DNA of 64,000 bases from positions 1,193 through 65,192 of the forward strand of contig JAPLXC010000004.1 of assembly GCA_026396275.1 (NCBI GenBank). Reading direction: 5' to 3'. How positions within the stretch are numbered: position 1 is the first letter of the stretch; each line of letters starts with the position of its first letter. This DNA is from Candidatus Moraniibacteriota bacterium (lineage in GTDB: Bacteria > Patescibacteriota > Minisyncoccia > Moranbacterales > JAPLXC01). The position numbers and the translations under genes were made by a program. Below, one piece after another: positions 38,189 through 47,896 of the stretch. The notes beneath the pieces were generated by a model. It was not told the origin of the DNA. It made no database searches and worked only from the letters and a program-made list of their open reading frames with translations.

Positions 38189-38395
38189 ATGTCTGTACCA
38201 AAGCAGCGTCATACTAAAGGCAGAAGAGATCGAAAAAGGAAAAGATTCACAGTTCGCGCCAAGAAAATGCAAACTTGCCCGAAATGCTCAAAACCGGTGC
38301 TCCCTCACCGCGTTTGTTTGGTATGCGGTTATTATAAAGGAAGGGAAATCATGGACACGCTTAAAAAGTCAAAAGGCAAAAAAGTAAAAAAATAG
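38189..38395 (+). CDS. rpmF: 50S ribosomal protein L32 (zinc-ribbon type)
   Basis: MSVPKQRHTKGRRDRKR and CPKC...CLVCG. Confidence 0.7.
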   Translation: MSVPKQRHTKGRRDRKRKRFTVRAKKMQTCPKCSKPVLPHRVCLVCGYYKGREIMDTLKKSKGKKVKK

Positions 38396-38419
38396 AGATG
38401 ACTCCCCGCACCAAATTCC

Positions 38420-38510
38420 GTTAATTCTCTACGAACTACGAATTTTTACGAATGTACGAATCTTGGTTGTTTTATTTTTTCGTACTTTAGTACTTGTTCG
38501 TAATTCTTAG
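38420..38510. repeat. TACGAA motif family copy (aattctctacgaactacgaatttttacgaatgtacgaatc ... ttcgtactttagtacttgttcgtaattc)
   Basis: Shares aattctctacgaa with 15931 and 37020. Confidence 0.5.
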
Positions 38511-38518
38511 GCAACTTC

Positions 38519-39010
38519 ATGGCAAATAGACATCTTCAGCGTTCCGTGGCGATGCAGTCCCTTTTTGAGTGGGATTTTCAAGGGCGCAAAAATGAAGAAG
38601 TGCCAGAGATTGTCGAACGCAATGTTCAAGAATTTGCTTCCGGACTGGAGGATTCCAGTTTTGTCAAATCACTGGTGGAGGGAGTCCTAAAAAACCGCGA
38701 TAAAATAGACGCTTTAATAGAAAAATGCGCTCCCGAGTGGCCGCTGGACCAGGTGACGGCCGTGGATCGCAATATTCTGCGGCTGGGGATTTATGAGCTG
38801 ATGTTTGGCAATTATGAGGAGGTTCCTCCCAAAGTGGCTATAAATGAGGCAATTGAGCTGGCTAAGACCTTTGGAGGGGAAAATTCCGCCCGGTTTGTCA
38901 ATGGTGTGCTGGGAACAATTTATCGGGAAATGGGAGAGCCCCTTAAAGACGATGATGGCCAGAAGAGAAAACAAAAAGCGGAAGAAATAAAGAAAAATAG
39001 TGGAAAATAG
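38519..39010 (+). CDS. nusB: Transcription antitermination factor NusB with a Lys/Glu-rich C-terminal tail
   Basis: NusB core [17 protein letters not shown]...[15 protein letters not shown]. Confidence 0.75.
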   Translation: MANRHLQRSVAMQSLFEWDFQGRKNEEVPEIVERNVQEFASGLEDSSFVKSLVEGVLKNRDKIDALIEKCAPEWPLDQVTAVDRNILRLGIYELMFGNYEEVPPKVAINEAIELAKTFGGENSARFVNGVLGTIYREMGEPLKDDDGQKRKQKAEEIKKNSGK

Positions 39011-39011
39011 T

Positions 39012-39135
39012 TAATTTTTTAAATCCGAAATCCCAAGCTCAAATTTCAAATAAAATCCAAAATCCCAAATCTAAAATTTATTAATTTGGAATTGGAATTT
39101 CATTTGGCATTTGGATTTTGAACTTTGGATTTATC
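39012..39135. repeat. Long AT-rich imperfect palindrome in the nusB-rnc spacer
   Basis: aaatccaaaatcccaaatctaaaattt ... tttggaattggaatttcatttggcatttggatttt. Confidence 0.45.
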
Positions 39136-39141
39136 ATCTTT

Positions 39142-39825
39142 ATGATTGAAAATCTTTCCAAAAAGCTCGGAGTAAAGTTTAAAAATCAGGATTTGCTTCA
39201 GTCGGCGGTGACTCATCGCTCTTACCTTAATGAAAATCGTAGTTACGGAATAGAGCATAATGAACGGCTCGAGTTTCTGGGTGACGCGGTTTTGGAATTG
39301 ATTATCACTGAATACTTGTATAAAACTTACTCCAACCCTGAAGGAGAGCTAACTAGCTGGAGATCGGCTTTGGTCAATGGAGAAAATCTGGCAAAAATCG
39401 CCGGAGAGCTGGGAGTGGAAGAATTCCTACTTATGAGCAAAGGTGAAGCCAAGGATACGGGGAGAGCCCGTCAATATTTGCTGGCCAATGCTCTGGAAGC
39501 CATTATTGGAGCGATCTATCTTGACAGAGGATACCAGGAAGTCCAGCAATTTGTTTTGAAGTACATCGTGGCAAATTTAGACGAGGTATTGAAGAAAGGA
39601 CTTTATCTTGACGCGAAAAGCGTTTTTCAGGAAAAGTCCCAGGAGGAAGAAAAGATCACCCCTTCCTACCGGGTGCTAGAGGAATGGGGGCCCGACCATG
39701 ACAGGCATTTTGTGGTAGGCGTGTTTCTTGGTGAAGAGTTGATTGCCAAAGGGGAAGGAAAGTCAAAGCAGGAAGCCCAGCGGGAGGCGGCAAAAAAAGG
39801 ATTGGAAGTTAAAAGATGGATGTAG
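39142..39825 (+). CDS. rnc: Ribonuclease III
   Basis: ERLEFLGDAVLEL signature and a C-terminal dsRBD. Confidence 0.85.
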   Translation: MIENLSKKLGVKFKNQDLLQSAVTHRSYLNENRSYGIEHNERLEFLGDAVLELIITEYLYKTYSNPEGELTSWRSALVNGENLAKIAGELGVEEFLLMSKGEAKDTGRARQYLLANALEAIIGAIYLDRGYQEVQQFVLKYIVANLDEVLKKGLYLDAKSVFQEKSQEEEKITPSYRVLEEWGPDHDRHFVVGVFLGEELIAKGEGKSKQEAQREAAKKGLEVKRWM

Positions 39826-40032
39826 TAGATACTAAGATACTGGGATATTAGGATATTCATTGAAGTTTGTAGAAATTAAAGGGGAGAAGTTATCCACAAT
39901 TGATGAAAAATTATATTTTGCTATAATTAACCTAATAGAACAGGGAAGAACAAATTTTAAAAGGAGGACTTGAGGGGTGCATAGTCATGACGCATTTTTG
40001 TTTTTTAACAATAAAAAAGGAGAGAGAATATT

Positions 40033-40215
40033 ATGCCCGAAAATTGGTGGTATCTTATTTTTGAAACTTTTCTAAACCCTGTCAAGTTGATAACTGGTGT
40101 AATAGTTGTGGCGCTAACCTACGTTGTCCTATATTTCATATTCGGCCGCGATAAAAAATCCTGTTTATTGAAAGGAGGTGATTACGGTAAAAAAGCCAGA
40201 GGGAAAATGTTGTAA
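40033..40215 (+). CDS. 60-aa small membrane peptide with a basic C-terminal tail (toxin- or bacteriocin-like)
   Basis: SD aaaaaggagagag. TM VKLITGVIVVALTYVVLYFIF, then KKSCLLKGGDYGKKARGK. Confidence 0.35.
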   Translation: MPENWWYLIFETFLNPVKLITGVIVVALTYVVLYFIFGRDKKSCLLKGGDYGKKARGKML

Positions 40216-40524
40216 GATTCATCATGTTGTTTACTGGATTTATGTGCTACGCTCTAATCTTGCAAGATTAGAGCGTAATAAATTTTTCATTAAAAGGAGG
40301 TCACCATGATTTTTACAAGGATTTTCAAAAAAATTGCAACTAAAAATTCTTTGTAAAAGGAGGTGATCGGGCAACGGCTATCAGAAGTAGACGACCCAAT
40401 CTAGACGGATAACCGGTTTATAAAAAAGAGAGGTGAAATTTAATTTAGGCCGTTCGTGCCAAATTTGACTGGTTATTTCGCAACCAGGGGGCAGAGCGCT
40501 TCCTTGGAGATTTCAAAAGATAGA

Positions 40525-40549
40525 GGGCTGGATTTATCCAGCCCTTTTT
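40525..40549 (+). terminator. Rho-independent terminator closing the small-ORF locus
   Basis: gggctggat-tta-tccagccc followed by TTTTT. Confidence 0.5.
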
Positions 40550-40599
40550 AAATTGTTCGACAGCTTGAAAAATGGTACAATAGTTCCATACGAATAATA

Positions 40600-40670
40600 A
40601 TTCAGATGATATCCAAATTAAGAACGAATTCGGATAGTAATTCGGATATAATTCGGGTAGGAATTCGTAT
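40600..40670. repeat. Tandem AATTCGGRTA array (four copies) immediately upstream of the aminoacylase gene
   Basis: gaattcggatagtaattcggatataattcgggtaggaattcgtatc. Confidence 0.5.
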
Positions 40671-40672
40671 CT

Positions 40673-42262
40673 ATGTACGACATAATAATCAAAAACGGGA
40701 AGATTATTGACGGTACCGGCCAGCCGATGTTTGCGGCTGACATTGGAATTAAAGAGAGCAAAATAAAAGAAATAGGAGATCTCCATAATGAAAACGCGGA
40801 GGTTGTTATCAATGCTGAAAATCACTATGTGGCGCCGGGATTTATTGACGTCAATAACCACTCTGATACCTACTGGAGGATTTTTCTGGATCCGGAACTC
40901 CCGAGTTTGATTTATCAGGGAATCACCACCGTTGTTGGTGGAAACTGCGGATCGTCACTGGCTCCCTTAGTCAATCAGGAAATTATTCAAGCAATTCAAA
41001 AATGGGCGGATATCCGAAAGGTCAATCTTAACTGGCTGACCATGAAGGATTTCCTGGCGGAGATAGAGTGCCGAAAGCCCTCTGTTAATTTCGCCACTTT
41101 GGTGGGCCACAGCACGCTGCGCAGGGGACTGCTTGGCAATGAAGTCAGGAGTTTGAACACGGAGGAGTTGAAAATAATGAAAAGGATGCTGAAAAACGCT
41201 CTGAAAGAAGGAGCCCTTGGTCTTTCCACGGGCTTGGTTTATACTCATGCCAAATTGGCCTCCGAAAAAGAAATTGCTGAAATTGCCGAAGTCGTCAGCA
41301 GCTACGGGGGCGTGTATACGACTCACGTTCGGGGAGAATCCCAGGAGCTTTTGGAAGCAGTCGAAGAAGCAATCAAGACCGCTTCAGCCACGGGAGTGAA
41401 ATTGCAGATCTCCCACCTCAAGGCGATTGGCGAAAAGAATTGGCACTTGATGGATGAAGCGCTAAATCTTATTGAAACCGCCCGCACCAGCGGAATTGAC
41501 GTGAACTTTGATGTTTATCCTTACACCGTAACGGGTTCGGTTCTTTATATCCTTCTTCCTGACTGGGTAGCGGAAGGAGGAAAAAGGGCGATGATCCACC
41601 GGCTCAAAGACCCTAATATTCGCGTGCGGGTATTGCGGGAAATGGAAGAGGATAATTTTGATTATTCCAAAGTCGTCATTTCCATTTCTCCTTTGGATAA
41701 AACCCTCACGAGAAAAAGAGTTGTTGATATTGCCCGGGCGCAGGAAAAAACGGTTGAGGAAATAATTGTTGATCTTTTAATAGCCAGCGAGGGAAGAGTC
41801 ATAACGATGATGGACGTGTTGAGTGAGAAAAATGTGGCCAAAGCCATTCAGCATCCTTTTTCCATAATTTCCTCCAACGGCGCGGGGTACAGCATAGAGC
41901 ATAGCGAATCAGGAGAAGTGGTTCACCCCCGCAATTTCGGATCGTTCCCCCGGGTGCTGGCCCGCTATGTCCGGGAAAAAGGGATTTTAAGTTGGGAGGA
42001 AGCCATTCACAAGATGAGCAGCAAACCGGCGGAGAAATTCGGGATTAAAAAGCGTGGCGTACTTGAAAAAGGAAATGTCGCTGATGTTATTGTCTTTCAT
42101 CCGGAGGATATTCAGGATCTGGCTACTCCGGAAAATCCCTATCAATATTCACAAGGGATGCAGTGGGTCATTATAAATGGAGAAGTGGTAATGGAAAAAG
42201 GGAATTATTTGGGCAAAAGGGCGGGAGAAGTGATCAGAAGATCTTCGTCAAGGTGGTTTTGA
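40673..42262 (+). CDS. N-acyl-D-amino-acid deacylase family amidohydrolase
   Basis: MYDIIIKNGKIIDGTG ... APGFIDVNNHSD metal-binding start. 529 aa. Confidence 0.75.
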   Translation: MYDIIIKNGKIIDGTGQPMFAADIGIKESKIKEIGDLHNENAEVVINAENHYVAPGFIDVNNHSDTYWRIFLDPELPSLIYQGITTVVGGNCGSSLAPLVNQEIIQAIQKWADIRKVNLNWLTMKDFLAEIECRKPSVNFATLVGHSTLRRGLLGNEVRSLNTEELKIMKRMLKNALKEGALGLSTGLVYTHAKLASEKEIAEIAEVVSSYGGVYTTHVRGESQELLEAVEEAIKTASATGVKLQISHLKAIGEKNWHLMDEALNLIETARTSGIDVNFDVYPYTVTGSVLYILLPDWVAEGGKRAMIHRLKDPNIRVRVLREMEEDNFDYSKVVISISPLDKTLTRKRVVDIARAQEKTVEEIIVDLLIASEGRVITMMDVLSEKNVAKAIQHPFSIISSNGAGYSIEHSESGEVVHPRNFGSFPRVLARYVREKGILSWEEAIHKMSSKPAEKFGIKKRGVLEKGNVADVIVFHPEDIQDLATPENPYQYSQGMQWVIINGEVVMEKGNYLGKRAGEVIRRSSSRWF

Positions 42263-42362
42263 AATAAATCAAAAATTAAAATGCAAAAATCAAAATGACA
42301 ATGCAAAGTCCAAAAAGAATAATTTTCTTTTTATATTTTAATTTGTCATTCCTGCCCGCCGG
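42262..42362. repeat. AAAATCA / AAATG-CAA heptamer-family intergenic copy followed by a family-B-like half element with a 20-nt perfect palindrome CCTGCCCGCCGGCGGGCAGG
   Basis: Read directly. The palindrome resembles the D-loop insert of the interrupted tRNA. Confidence 0.45.
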
Positions 42363-42383
42363 CGGGCAGGTTGAATTATTATT

Positions 42384-43790
42384 ATGGATTTAACTTTCTT
42401 CAAAAACAAAAGGGTTACCGTTTTTGGTTTGGGATTGCAGGGAGGAGGAGTAGGAACGGTAAAATTCTTGGTAAAGCAGGGAGCACGGGTAATAGTTACC
42501 GATATCAAAGCCAAGGAACAGCTGGTCCCTTCGCTCGAAGCTCTCAAGGGGCTGAAAGGCGTTGAATTTGTTTTAGGCCAGCATCACCGGGAAGATTTCA
42601 TCAAAGTGGATATGGTAGTGAAAACCCCTCCTGTTCCCTGGAACAATGAATATGTAAAACTGGCGCTAGCTCATAACATTCCGGTGGAGATGGACTCCAG
42701 TTTGTTTTTTAAGTTCTGCAAAAATCCTATTATCGGAGTGACTGGTACGAAAGGAAAGACAACAACAGCCACACTAATTTATGAGATTTTGAAACTGGCC
42801 GGGAAAAATCCCGTGAAGGTCGGAATCGGCCAGGCATCCGTGCTGGATAGATTAGAACTCTTAAAAAAGGATTCGGTGGTGGTGTTTGAACTGTCCAGTT
42901 GGCGGCTGTCGGCTTTGGGAAAAGCGCAAATGAGTCCTCACATCGCGGTGATTAAGAATATTCTTCCTGACCATCTTAACTATTATAGAACCATTGACGA
43001 CTATCTGACTGACAAAGAAAATATTTTCCTTTATCAGAAACCCAAGGACTTTCTGATTATCAATGAAGACGATGAAAGGTTGAGAGAATCATCTAAAAAG
43101 GCCAAGTCGCAGATAATCAGATTTTCCGGACGTCCGATCAAGGAGGGGAAAGCGGTATTTCGCGAAGACAATTTTATTTATCTTAACGACGGCGTGGATA
43201 CCAAGAAACTTGTAGATATTAAAGATATTAAGATTCCCGGCGAGCATAATATTTATAACATTATGGCTGCCGCTGCCGCCGCCTATGTTTACGGAATACC
43301 AATTGAGCAAATAAAAAAGGCAGTAGTCGATTTTTTCGGCGTTCCGCACCGGCTGGAATTCGTGAGAGAACTTCGCGGCGTTCGCTATTTCAACGACACG
43401 GCGGCGACCATTCCTGATGCGATGATGAGTGCCCTTGAGTCATTTGTGGAGCCGATTGTTCTAATCGCCGGCGGAACTGACAAGAAACTGGATTTTTCCC
43501 GGGCCGGAGAAGAGATTTTAAAGAAAGTTAAATATCTGGTACTCCTTAAAGGCGATGCAACAGAAAAACTTCTGGAGTGTATTGGAAAAAATTTACCCGA
43601 GAAAGAAAAAGGACAGAGCATAGAATTTGAAGTGGTTGATTCCATGCAAAGGGCGGTAGAGCTGGCTTCTCAAAAAGCAGAAGAAGGGGATGTCGTGCTT
43701 CTTTCGCCGGGAGCGGCGAGCTTTGGATTATTTTTAAACGAGTTTGACCGCGGAGATAAGTTCCGGGAGGCGGTTAACACTATTGAGTAG
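42384..43790 (+). CDS. murD: UDP-N-acetylmuramoylalanine--D-glutamate ligase
   Basis: Rossmann N-domain GLGLQGGGVGTV, Mur ligase P-loop GVTGTKGKTTT. Confidence 0.9.
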   Translation: MDLTFFKNKRVTVFGLGLQGGGVGTVKFLVKQGARVIVTDIKAKEQLVPSLEALKGLKGVEFVLGQHHREDFIKVDMVVKTPPVPWNNEYVKLALAHNIPVEMDSSLFFKFCKNPIIGVTGTKGKTTTATLIYEILKLAGKNPVKVGIGQASVLDRLELLKKDSVVVFELSSWRLSALGKAQMSPHIAVIKNILPDHLNYYRTIDDYLTDKENIFLYQKPKDFLIINEDDERLRESSKKAKSQIIRFSGRPIKEGKAVFREDNFIYLNDGVDTKKLVDIKDIKIPGEHNIYNIMAAAAAAYVYGIPIEQIKKAVVDFFGVPHRLEFVRELRGVRYFNDTAATIPDAMMSALESFVEPIVLIAGGTDKKLDFSRAGEEILKKVKYLVLLKGDATEKLLECIGKNLPEKEKGQSIEFEVVDSMQRAVELASQKAEEGDVVLLSPGAASFGLFLNEFDRGDKFREAVNTIE

Positions 43791-43825
43791 CTTAAATACA
43801 ACCAGAGCGAAGTGAATTCCAAAGG

Positions 43826-43854
43826 TTGACAAAAGGTGAAAATTGGCCTATAAT
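43826..43854 (+). promoter_or_regulatory. Strong sigma70 promoter TTGACA-17-TATAAT
   Basis: Perfect consensus hexamers, about 60 nt upstream of the SCP-domain ORF. Confidence 0.5.
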
Positions 43855-43914
43855 AGATATAAGAACAAGTAAAAGGGTGTTTCTAGGGTGAAACGCCTTT
43901 TTTGATTTTTTGCT

Positions 43915-44532
43915 ATGAAAAGCCATTTTCAGAGCATTTTTAGGATAAGAAGTCCAAAGCTGCTAGTTGCAACAGCCGTTCTTTTCGGCATGCTTGTGTT
44001 CTTTCAAGCCCAACCGGTTTGGGCTAGCGAAGTAACGGTTCAAAATATTATTCAACTGGTAAATAAAGAGAGAATCTCACAAGGACTGGATGCGCTAACA
44101 GAAAACTCGCTGCTTTCGCAAGCAGCCCGGGAGAAAGTCAGTGATATGGTCAAAAATAATTATTTTTCCCATACTTCGCCAAGTGGAATATCTCCCTGGC
44201 ACTGGGTAGAAAAAAGCGGCTACGATTACAAGTATGCAGGAGAGCTCCGGCTGTGGGAGTTGTCCGCTCACTGGAAAATGAACCAGCCAAGCAACCGGTG
44301 GAAGAAAAAACGGCCAGTCAGGAGAAAAGCCAATCACTTATTCCTTTGTCAAAAAGCTTGTATTTTGAGCAGGTTGGAGAGGTTAAAAAAACGGAAACAG
44401 GATGCGCCAATGGACTGTGTTATTTTAACCAGGCCAATAGCTTGTTTTATCCGGAAAGAAAAATTTCAGAAGAAGCAGCTTGGCTTGTGGCCGTGGTCGT
44501 TCTTCTGCTTTCCATTATTTTCAATGCGATAA
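43915..44532 (+). CDS. Secreted CAP/SCP (YkwD-like) domain protein; the reading frame appears disrupted mid-gene (possible frameshift or pseudogene)
   Basis: Signal/TM N-terminus and the first half of an SCP domain (VNKERISQGLDALTENSLLSQAAREKVSDMVKNNYFSHTSPSG). After YAGE the frame degenerates. The +1 frame (44253..44627) carries a linker and two C-terminal TM helices. Confidence 0.4.
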   Translation: MKSHFQSIFRIRSPKLLVATAVLFGMLVFFQAQPVWASEVTVQNIIQLVNKERISQGLDALTENSLLSQAAREKVSDMVKNNYFSHTSPSGISPWHWVEKSGYDYKYAGELRLWELSAHWKMNQPSNRWKKKRPVRRKANHLFLCQKACILSRLERLKKRKQDAPMDCVILTRPIACFIRKEKFQKKQLGLWPWSFFCFPLFSMR

Positions 44533-44743
44533 CGCTTTCCCGCCAGAATAGCCACAATCCTTTCATTGCCGCTAATACCGTAATCTTGCTTATGGTTTTA
44601 ACATCGGTGATTTTCTGGAAGATGTAGCTACATGTTAGAGCAAGGAGAGAGTAATAATGCTGAATAATGACTTTTTAATATAGCGGAAACCGGTTCCTTA
44701 ACATAAAAACATAAACAAAAAAGGGGAATATAAAAAAACTTTA

Positions 44744-44820
44744 AAGGCAAGAATCCTTGCCTTTCCCTTTAAGTAGGGAAATAATATTAAAAAGAAACGA
44801 TCCAGAATCGTTTCTTTTTT
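44744..44820 (+). terminator. Two tandem rho-independent terminators
   Basis: ggcaagaatccttgcc followed by ttt, and gaaacgatccagaatcgtttc followed by tttttt. Confidence 0.5.
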
Positions 44821-45003
44821 GTTCTCCTCCGCTCAAATACCCAGCGGCTTGCCGCGGGGATAAAGGCGAAAGATATTAAAGAAGTTCCAGTGATAATAAA
44901 AGGGCTTTGGCGAATTTCGCTAGACACCTCGCAGCTTAACTGCGAGGAGCTTCATTTTGCGGTTTCTTGAAAAAAATAGAAAGGTAGAATATACTAAAGA
45001 AGT

Positions 45004-46317
45004 ATGGAACAATTCGAGATTATCGGTGGGAAAAAGCTAAAAGGGGCGGTAACAGTTAACAGCTCTAAGAATGCAGCTGTTGCTTTATTAATGGCATCTC
45101 TTATTAATAAGGGGAAAACTACACTTAAAAATGTGCCCCAAATTGAAGAAGTTAACCGGCTAGTCGAGGTGCTTAAAAGCATTGGAGTAAAAATTTCGGC
45201 AAAAGGCAGGAATCTTGAGATAACTTCACCGGAAAAAATTGAAATTGGAAAAATTAACAGAACATCGGCGAAAAAGACAAGATCAATCGTTCTTATGATC
45301 GGAGCATTAGCGGGAAAATTGAAAAATTATACTATTCCCCAATGTGGGGGATGCCGCCTGGGCAGCAGAACTGTTGTTCCTCACTTTATGGCTCTTAAAA
45401 ATCTCGGATTGATAATTAGTACAAACAGTAAGGGTTTTAGGGTCAATTCAAAAAAACTTAAACCGGCGGAAAAAATTGTCCTTTATGAAACGGGTGACAC
45501 AGCTACCGAAAACGCGCTTTTGGCAGCCGCTCAAGCAAAAGGAAAAACAACAATAAAATTAGCATCAGCTAATTATATGGTCCAAGACCTTTGCTTCCTG
45601 CTTGAAAAAATGGGAGTGAAGATAAAAGGAATAGGAACAGGAACACTTGAGGTTTATGGTATGAGAAATATAAAAAAGGATGTGGTTTATAAAATTAGTG
45701 AGGATCCAATAGAAGCCATGTTTTTTCTTTCCATCGCGGCTACTTGTCAGGCAAATCTGAAAGTAAAAAGATGCCCGATTGATTTTTTGGACCTTGAACT
45801 CTTAAAACTTTCCAAAATGGGATTACGCTATAAAATAGTAAGACGCTATGCATCCGGAAATGGGAAAACGAAATTGGCCGATATCGTAACATGGCCTTCA
45901 AAGCTAGTGGCGCTTGAGGACAAAATTCATCCTCTTCCTTCAGCGGGGATAAATATAGACAACCTCCCGTTCTTTGTCCCTATTGCCTGCGTGGCTAGAG
46001 GAAAAACACTTATTCATGACTGGGTTTATGAAAATAGAGCGATTTATTTTACGGAACTTAATAAGCTGGGAGCGCGGGTAACCCTTCTTGATACTCATAG
46101 AGTAAATATTGAAGGACCTGCGAAATTAAAAGGTTCGAAAATTTTATGCCCGCCGGCGCTTCGCCCAGCGGCGATAATTCTAGTCGCCATGCTCGCGGCC
46201 AAAGGTAAGTCAATTTTAAAAGGCGTTTATCCGATAAATAGGGGATATGAAAATTTGGAAGAACGGCTCAAAAAAATCGGAGCAGATATAAAATTTTTTT
46301 CAAACAATGAAAAATAA
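45004..46317 (+). CDS. murA: UDP-N-acetylglucosamine 1-carboxyvinyltransferase
   Basis: EPSP/MurA fold. N-terminal FEIIGGKKLKGAVTVNSSKNAAVALL, Cys-containing active-site loop QCGGCRLGSR. Confidence 0.9.
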   Translation: MEQFEIIGGKKLKGAVTVNSSKNAAVALLMASLINKGKTTLKNVPQIEEVNRLVEVLKSIGVKISAKGRNLEITSPEKIEIGKINRTSAKKTRSIVLMIGALAGKLKNYTIPQCGGCRLGSRTVVPHFMALKNLGLIISTNSKGFRVNSKKLKPAEKIVLYETGDTATENALLAAAQAKGKTTIKLASANYMVQDLCFLLEKMGVKIKGIGTGTLEVYGMRNIKKDVVYKISEDPIEAMFFLSIAATCQANLKVKRCPIDFLDLELLKLSKMGLRYKIVRRYASGNGKTKLADIVTWPSKLVALEDKIHPLPSAGINIDNLPFFVPIACVARGKTLIHDWVYENRAIYFTELNKLGARVTLLDTHRVNIEGPAKLKGSKILCPPALRPAAIILVAMLAAKGKSILKGVYPINRGYENLEERLKKIGADIKFFSNNEK

Positions 46318-46762
46318 AACGCAAAACTTAATACCAGGAAAAGATTGTATTGGGGTCGAAGGAGGCGTCTTGATTTTTAATAAAAAAGGCGAGGTACTTT
46401 TGATGAAACGGAGTAAAAATTCCAAGAATGAAGCTGATTGGTGGTCGAAACCCGGCGGAGCAGTGGATTTTAATGAAAAAGCAATAGATGCGATGAAAAG
46501 GGAAATAAAAGAAGAATTGAATGTTGATATAAATATCTGGGGCTATTTGCCGCATACTGATCATATTATAAGAAGAGAAAAGCAGCACTGGGTAGCTATA
46601 AATTATTTAACAAACATAAAAAAGGGGAAACTGAAAATAATGGAACCACATAAGTGTGAAGAAATCAGATGGTTTAGCATGAAAAAATTGCCAAAAAGAA
46701 TTACTCAAACTGCTAGAGAACCAATTAAGAATTATTTGGCGGGGAAATTTATCAAGTTATAG
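46307..46762 (+). CDS. NUDIX hydrolase
   Basis: NUDIX box GGAVDFNEKAIDAMKREIKEELN. Confidence 0.75.
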   Translation: MKNKTQNLIPGKDCIGVEGGVLIFNKKGEVLLMKRSKNSKNEADWWSKPGGAVDFNEKAIDAMKREIKEELNVDINIWGYLPHTDHIIRREKQHWVAINYLTNIKKGKLKIMEPHKCEEIRWFSMKKLPKRITQTAREPIKNYLAGKFIKL

Positions 46763-46766
46763 TAGT

Positions 46767-46833
46767 GTCATTCCCGCGGAAGCGGGAATCCAGTATTTAT
46801 CTTTCTGGATTCCGGCTCGGAGGCCGGAATGAC
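46767..46833. mobile_element. MITE family B copy (gtcattcccgcggaagcgggaatccag ... ggattccggctcggaggccggaatgac)
   Basis: Terminal GTCATTC/GAATGAC plus two internal hairpins. Spurious antisense ORF 46768..47085 ends in ...GFPLPRE. Confidence 0.55.
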
Positions 46834-46842
46834 ATAATTATA

Positions 46843-46880
46843 TGATTCGTATATTCGTAAGTGATTAGTAATTAGTAGCC
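46843..46880. repeat. TACGAA-family motif upstream of mreB (gattcgtatattcgtaagtgattagtaattagtag)
   Basis: Near-identical to the reverse complement of 37020..37060, upstream of dnaE. Confidence 0.5.
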
Positions 46881-46882
46881 GT

Positions 46883-47896
46883 ATGAGTTTATTTGTCCGA
46901 AAAATTGGAATTGATCTGGGGACAGCCAATACTCTGGTTTTTGTTCCTGGGCGCGGAGTGGTCATCAACGAGCCATCAGTGGTGGCCATTTCTATTTTAG
47001 AAAATGAAGTGCTAGCAGTAGGAAACCAGGCAAAAGAAATGCTCGGGCGCACTCCGGACTCAATCGTCGCTAGCCGTCCTCTCAAAGACGGAGTAATCGC
47101 CGATTACCGGATAACCGAGGCAATGCTCAAATATTTCATCAACAAAGTGACTGGCAAAGTTCGTATTTTCCGTCCAGAGGTGATGATTTCCATTCCGGCG
47201 GGAATTACTTCAACTGAACGCCGGGCAGTCGTTGATGCCGCTATCAAAGCCGGAGCGAAAGCCGCCTACATCGTGAAAGAGCCATTGCTTGCGGCTATTG
47301 GTGCGGGAGTTCCCATTCACAGCGCCCAGGGAAATATGATAATTAACACCGGCGGCGGCACCACGGAAATTGCCATTATCTCACTGGGAGGAGTAGTGGC
47401 GGCTCACAGCGCTCGGGTAGGCGGCAACAAACTCGACCAGGCCATTTCCGACTACGTTAAGCGCAAATACGGTTTGGCAATCGGAGAAAGAACCGCCGAA
47501 GAAATAAAAATAAGCATCGGATCAGCTATTGCTCAAGTTAAAGAAGAATATATCGAGGTCCGCGGCCGCGACTTGATGGGAGGGCTTCCCAAAATGATCC
47601 GGGTATCTTCCAATGAAGTGACAGAAGCCATTCAGGATGAATTGCGTGAAATTATTAATGCCATCAAAAAGGTCTTTCAGGAAACACCACCGGAACTGGC
47701 GGCAGATGTTATTGATAAGGGAATGGTGCTTTCGGGAGGAAGCGCTCTGCTTCGCAATTTCGACCAGCTGATCACTAAAACAATAGGAGTTCCCTGTTAC
47801 GTGGCCGACGATCCTCTGTTTTGCGTGATAAAAGGGATTGGAATAGCTCTGGATAATTTGGAGGTGTACAAAAGGACAATAATGCTGACGAAATAA
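46883..47896 (+). CDS. mreB: Rod shape-determining protein MreB
   Basis: IGIDLGTANTLVF... actin-fold motifs. 337 aa. Confidence 0.9.
   Translation: MSLFVRKIGIDLGTANTLVFVPGRGVVINEPSVVAISILENEVLAVGNQAKEMLGRTPDSIVASRPLKDGVIADYRITEAMLKYFINKVTGKVRIFRPEVMISIPAGITSTERRAVVDAAIKAGAKAAYIVKEPLLAAIGAGVPIHSAQGNMIINTGGGTTEIAIISLGGVVAAHSARVGGNKLDQAISDYVKRKYGLAIGERTAEEIKISIGSAIAQVKEEYIEVRGRDLMGGLPKMIRVSSNEVTEAIQDELREIINAIKKVFQETPPELAADVIDKGMVLSGGSALLRNFDQLITKTIGVPCYVADDPLFCVIKGIGIALDNLEVYKRTIMLTK

Noticed and set aside
39950-40440. Repeated AAAGGAGGTGA sites interpreted as a dedicated ribosome-sponge RNA
   Set aside because: Each site is followed at canonical spacing by a start codon and a short ORF, so ordinary strong RBSs of micro-ORFs is the simpler explanation. 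It is kept as a finding but not called an ncRNA.
46768-47085. 105-aa minus-strand ORF ending ...GFPLPRE
   Set aside because: It starts inside a MITE-B copy and is antisense to the 5' end of mreB. It is a repeat-derived artefact.
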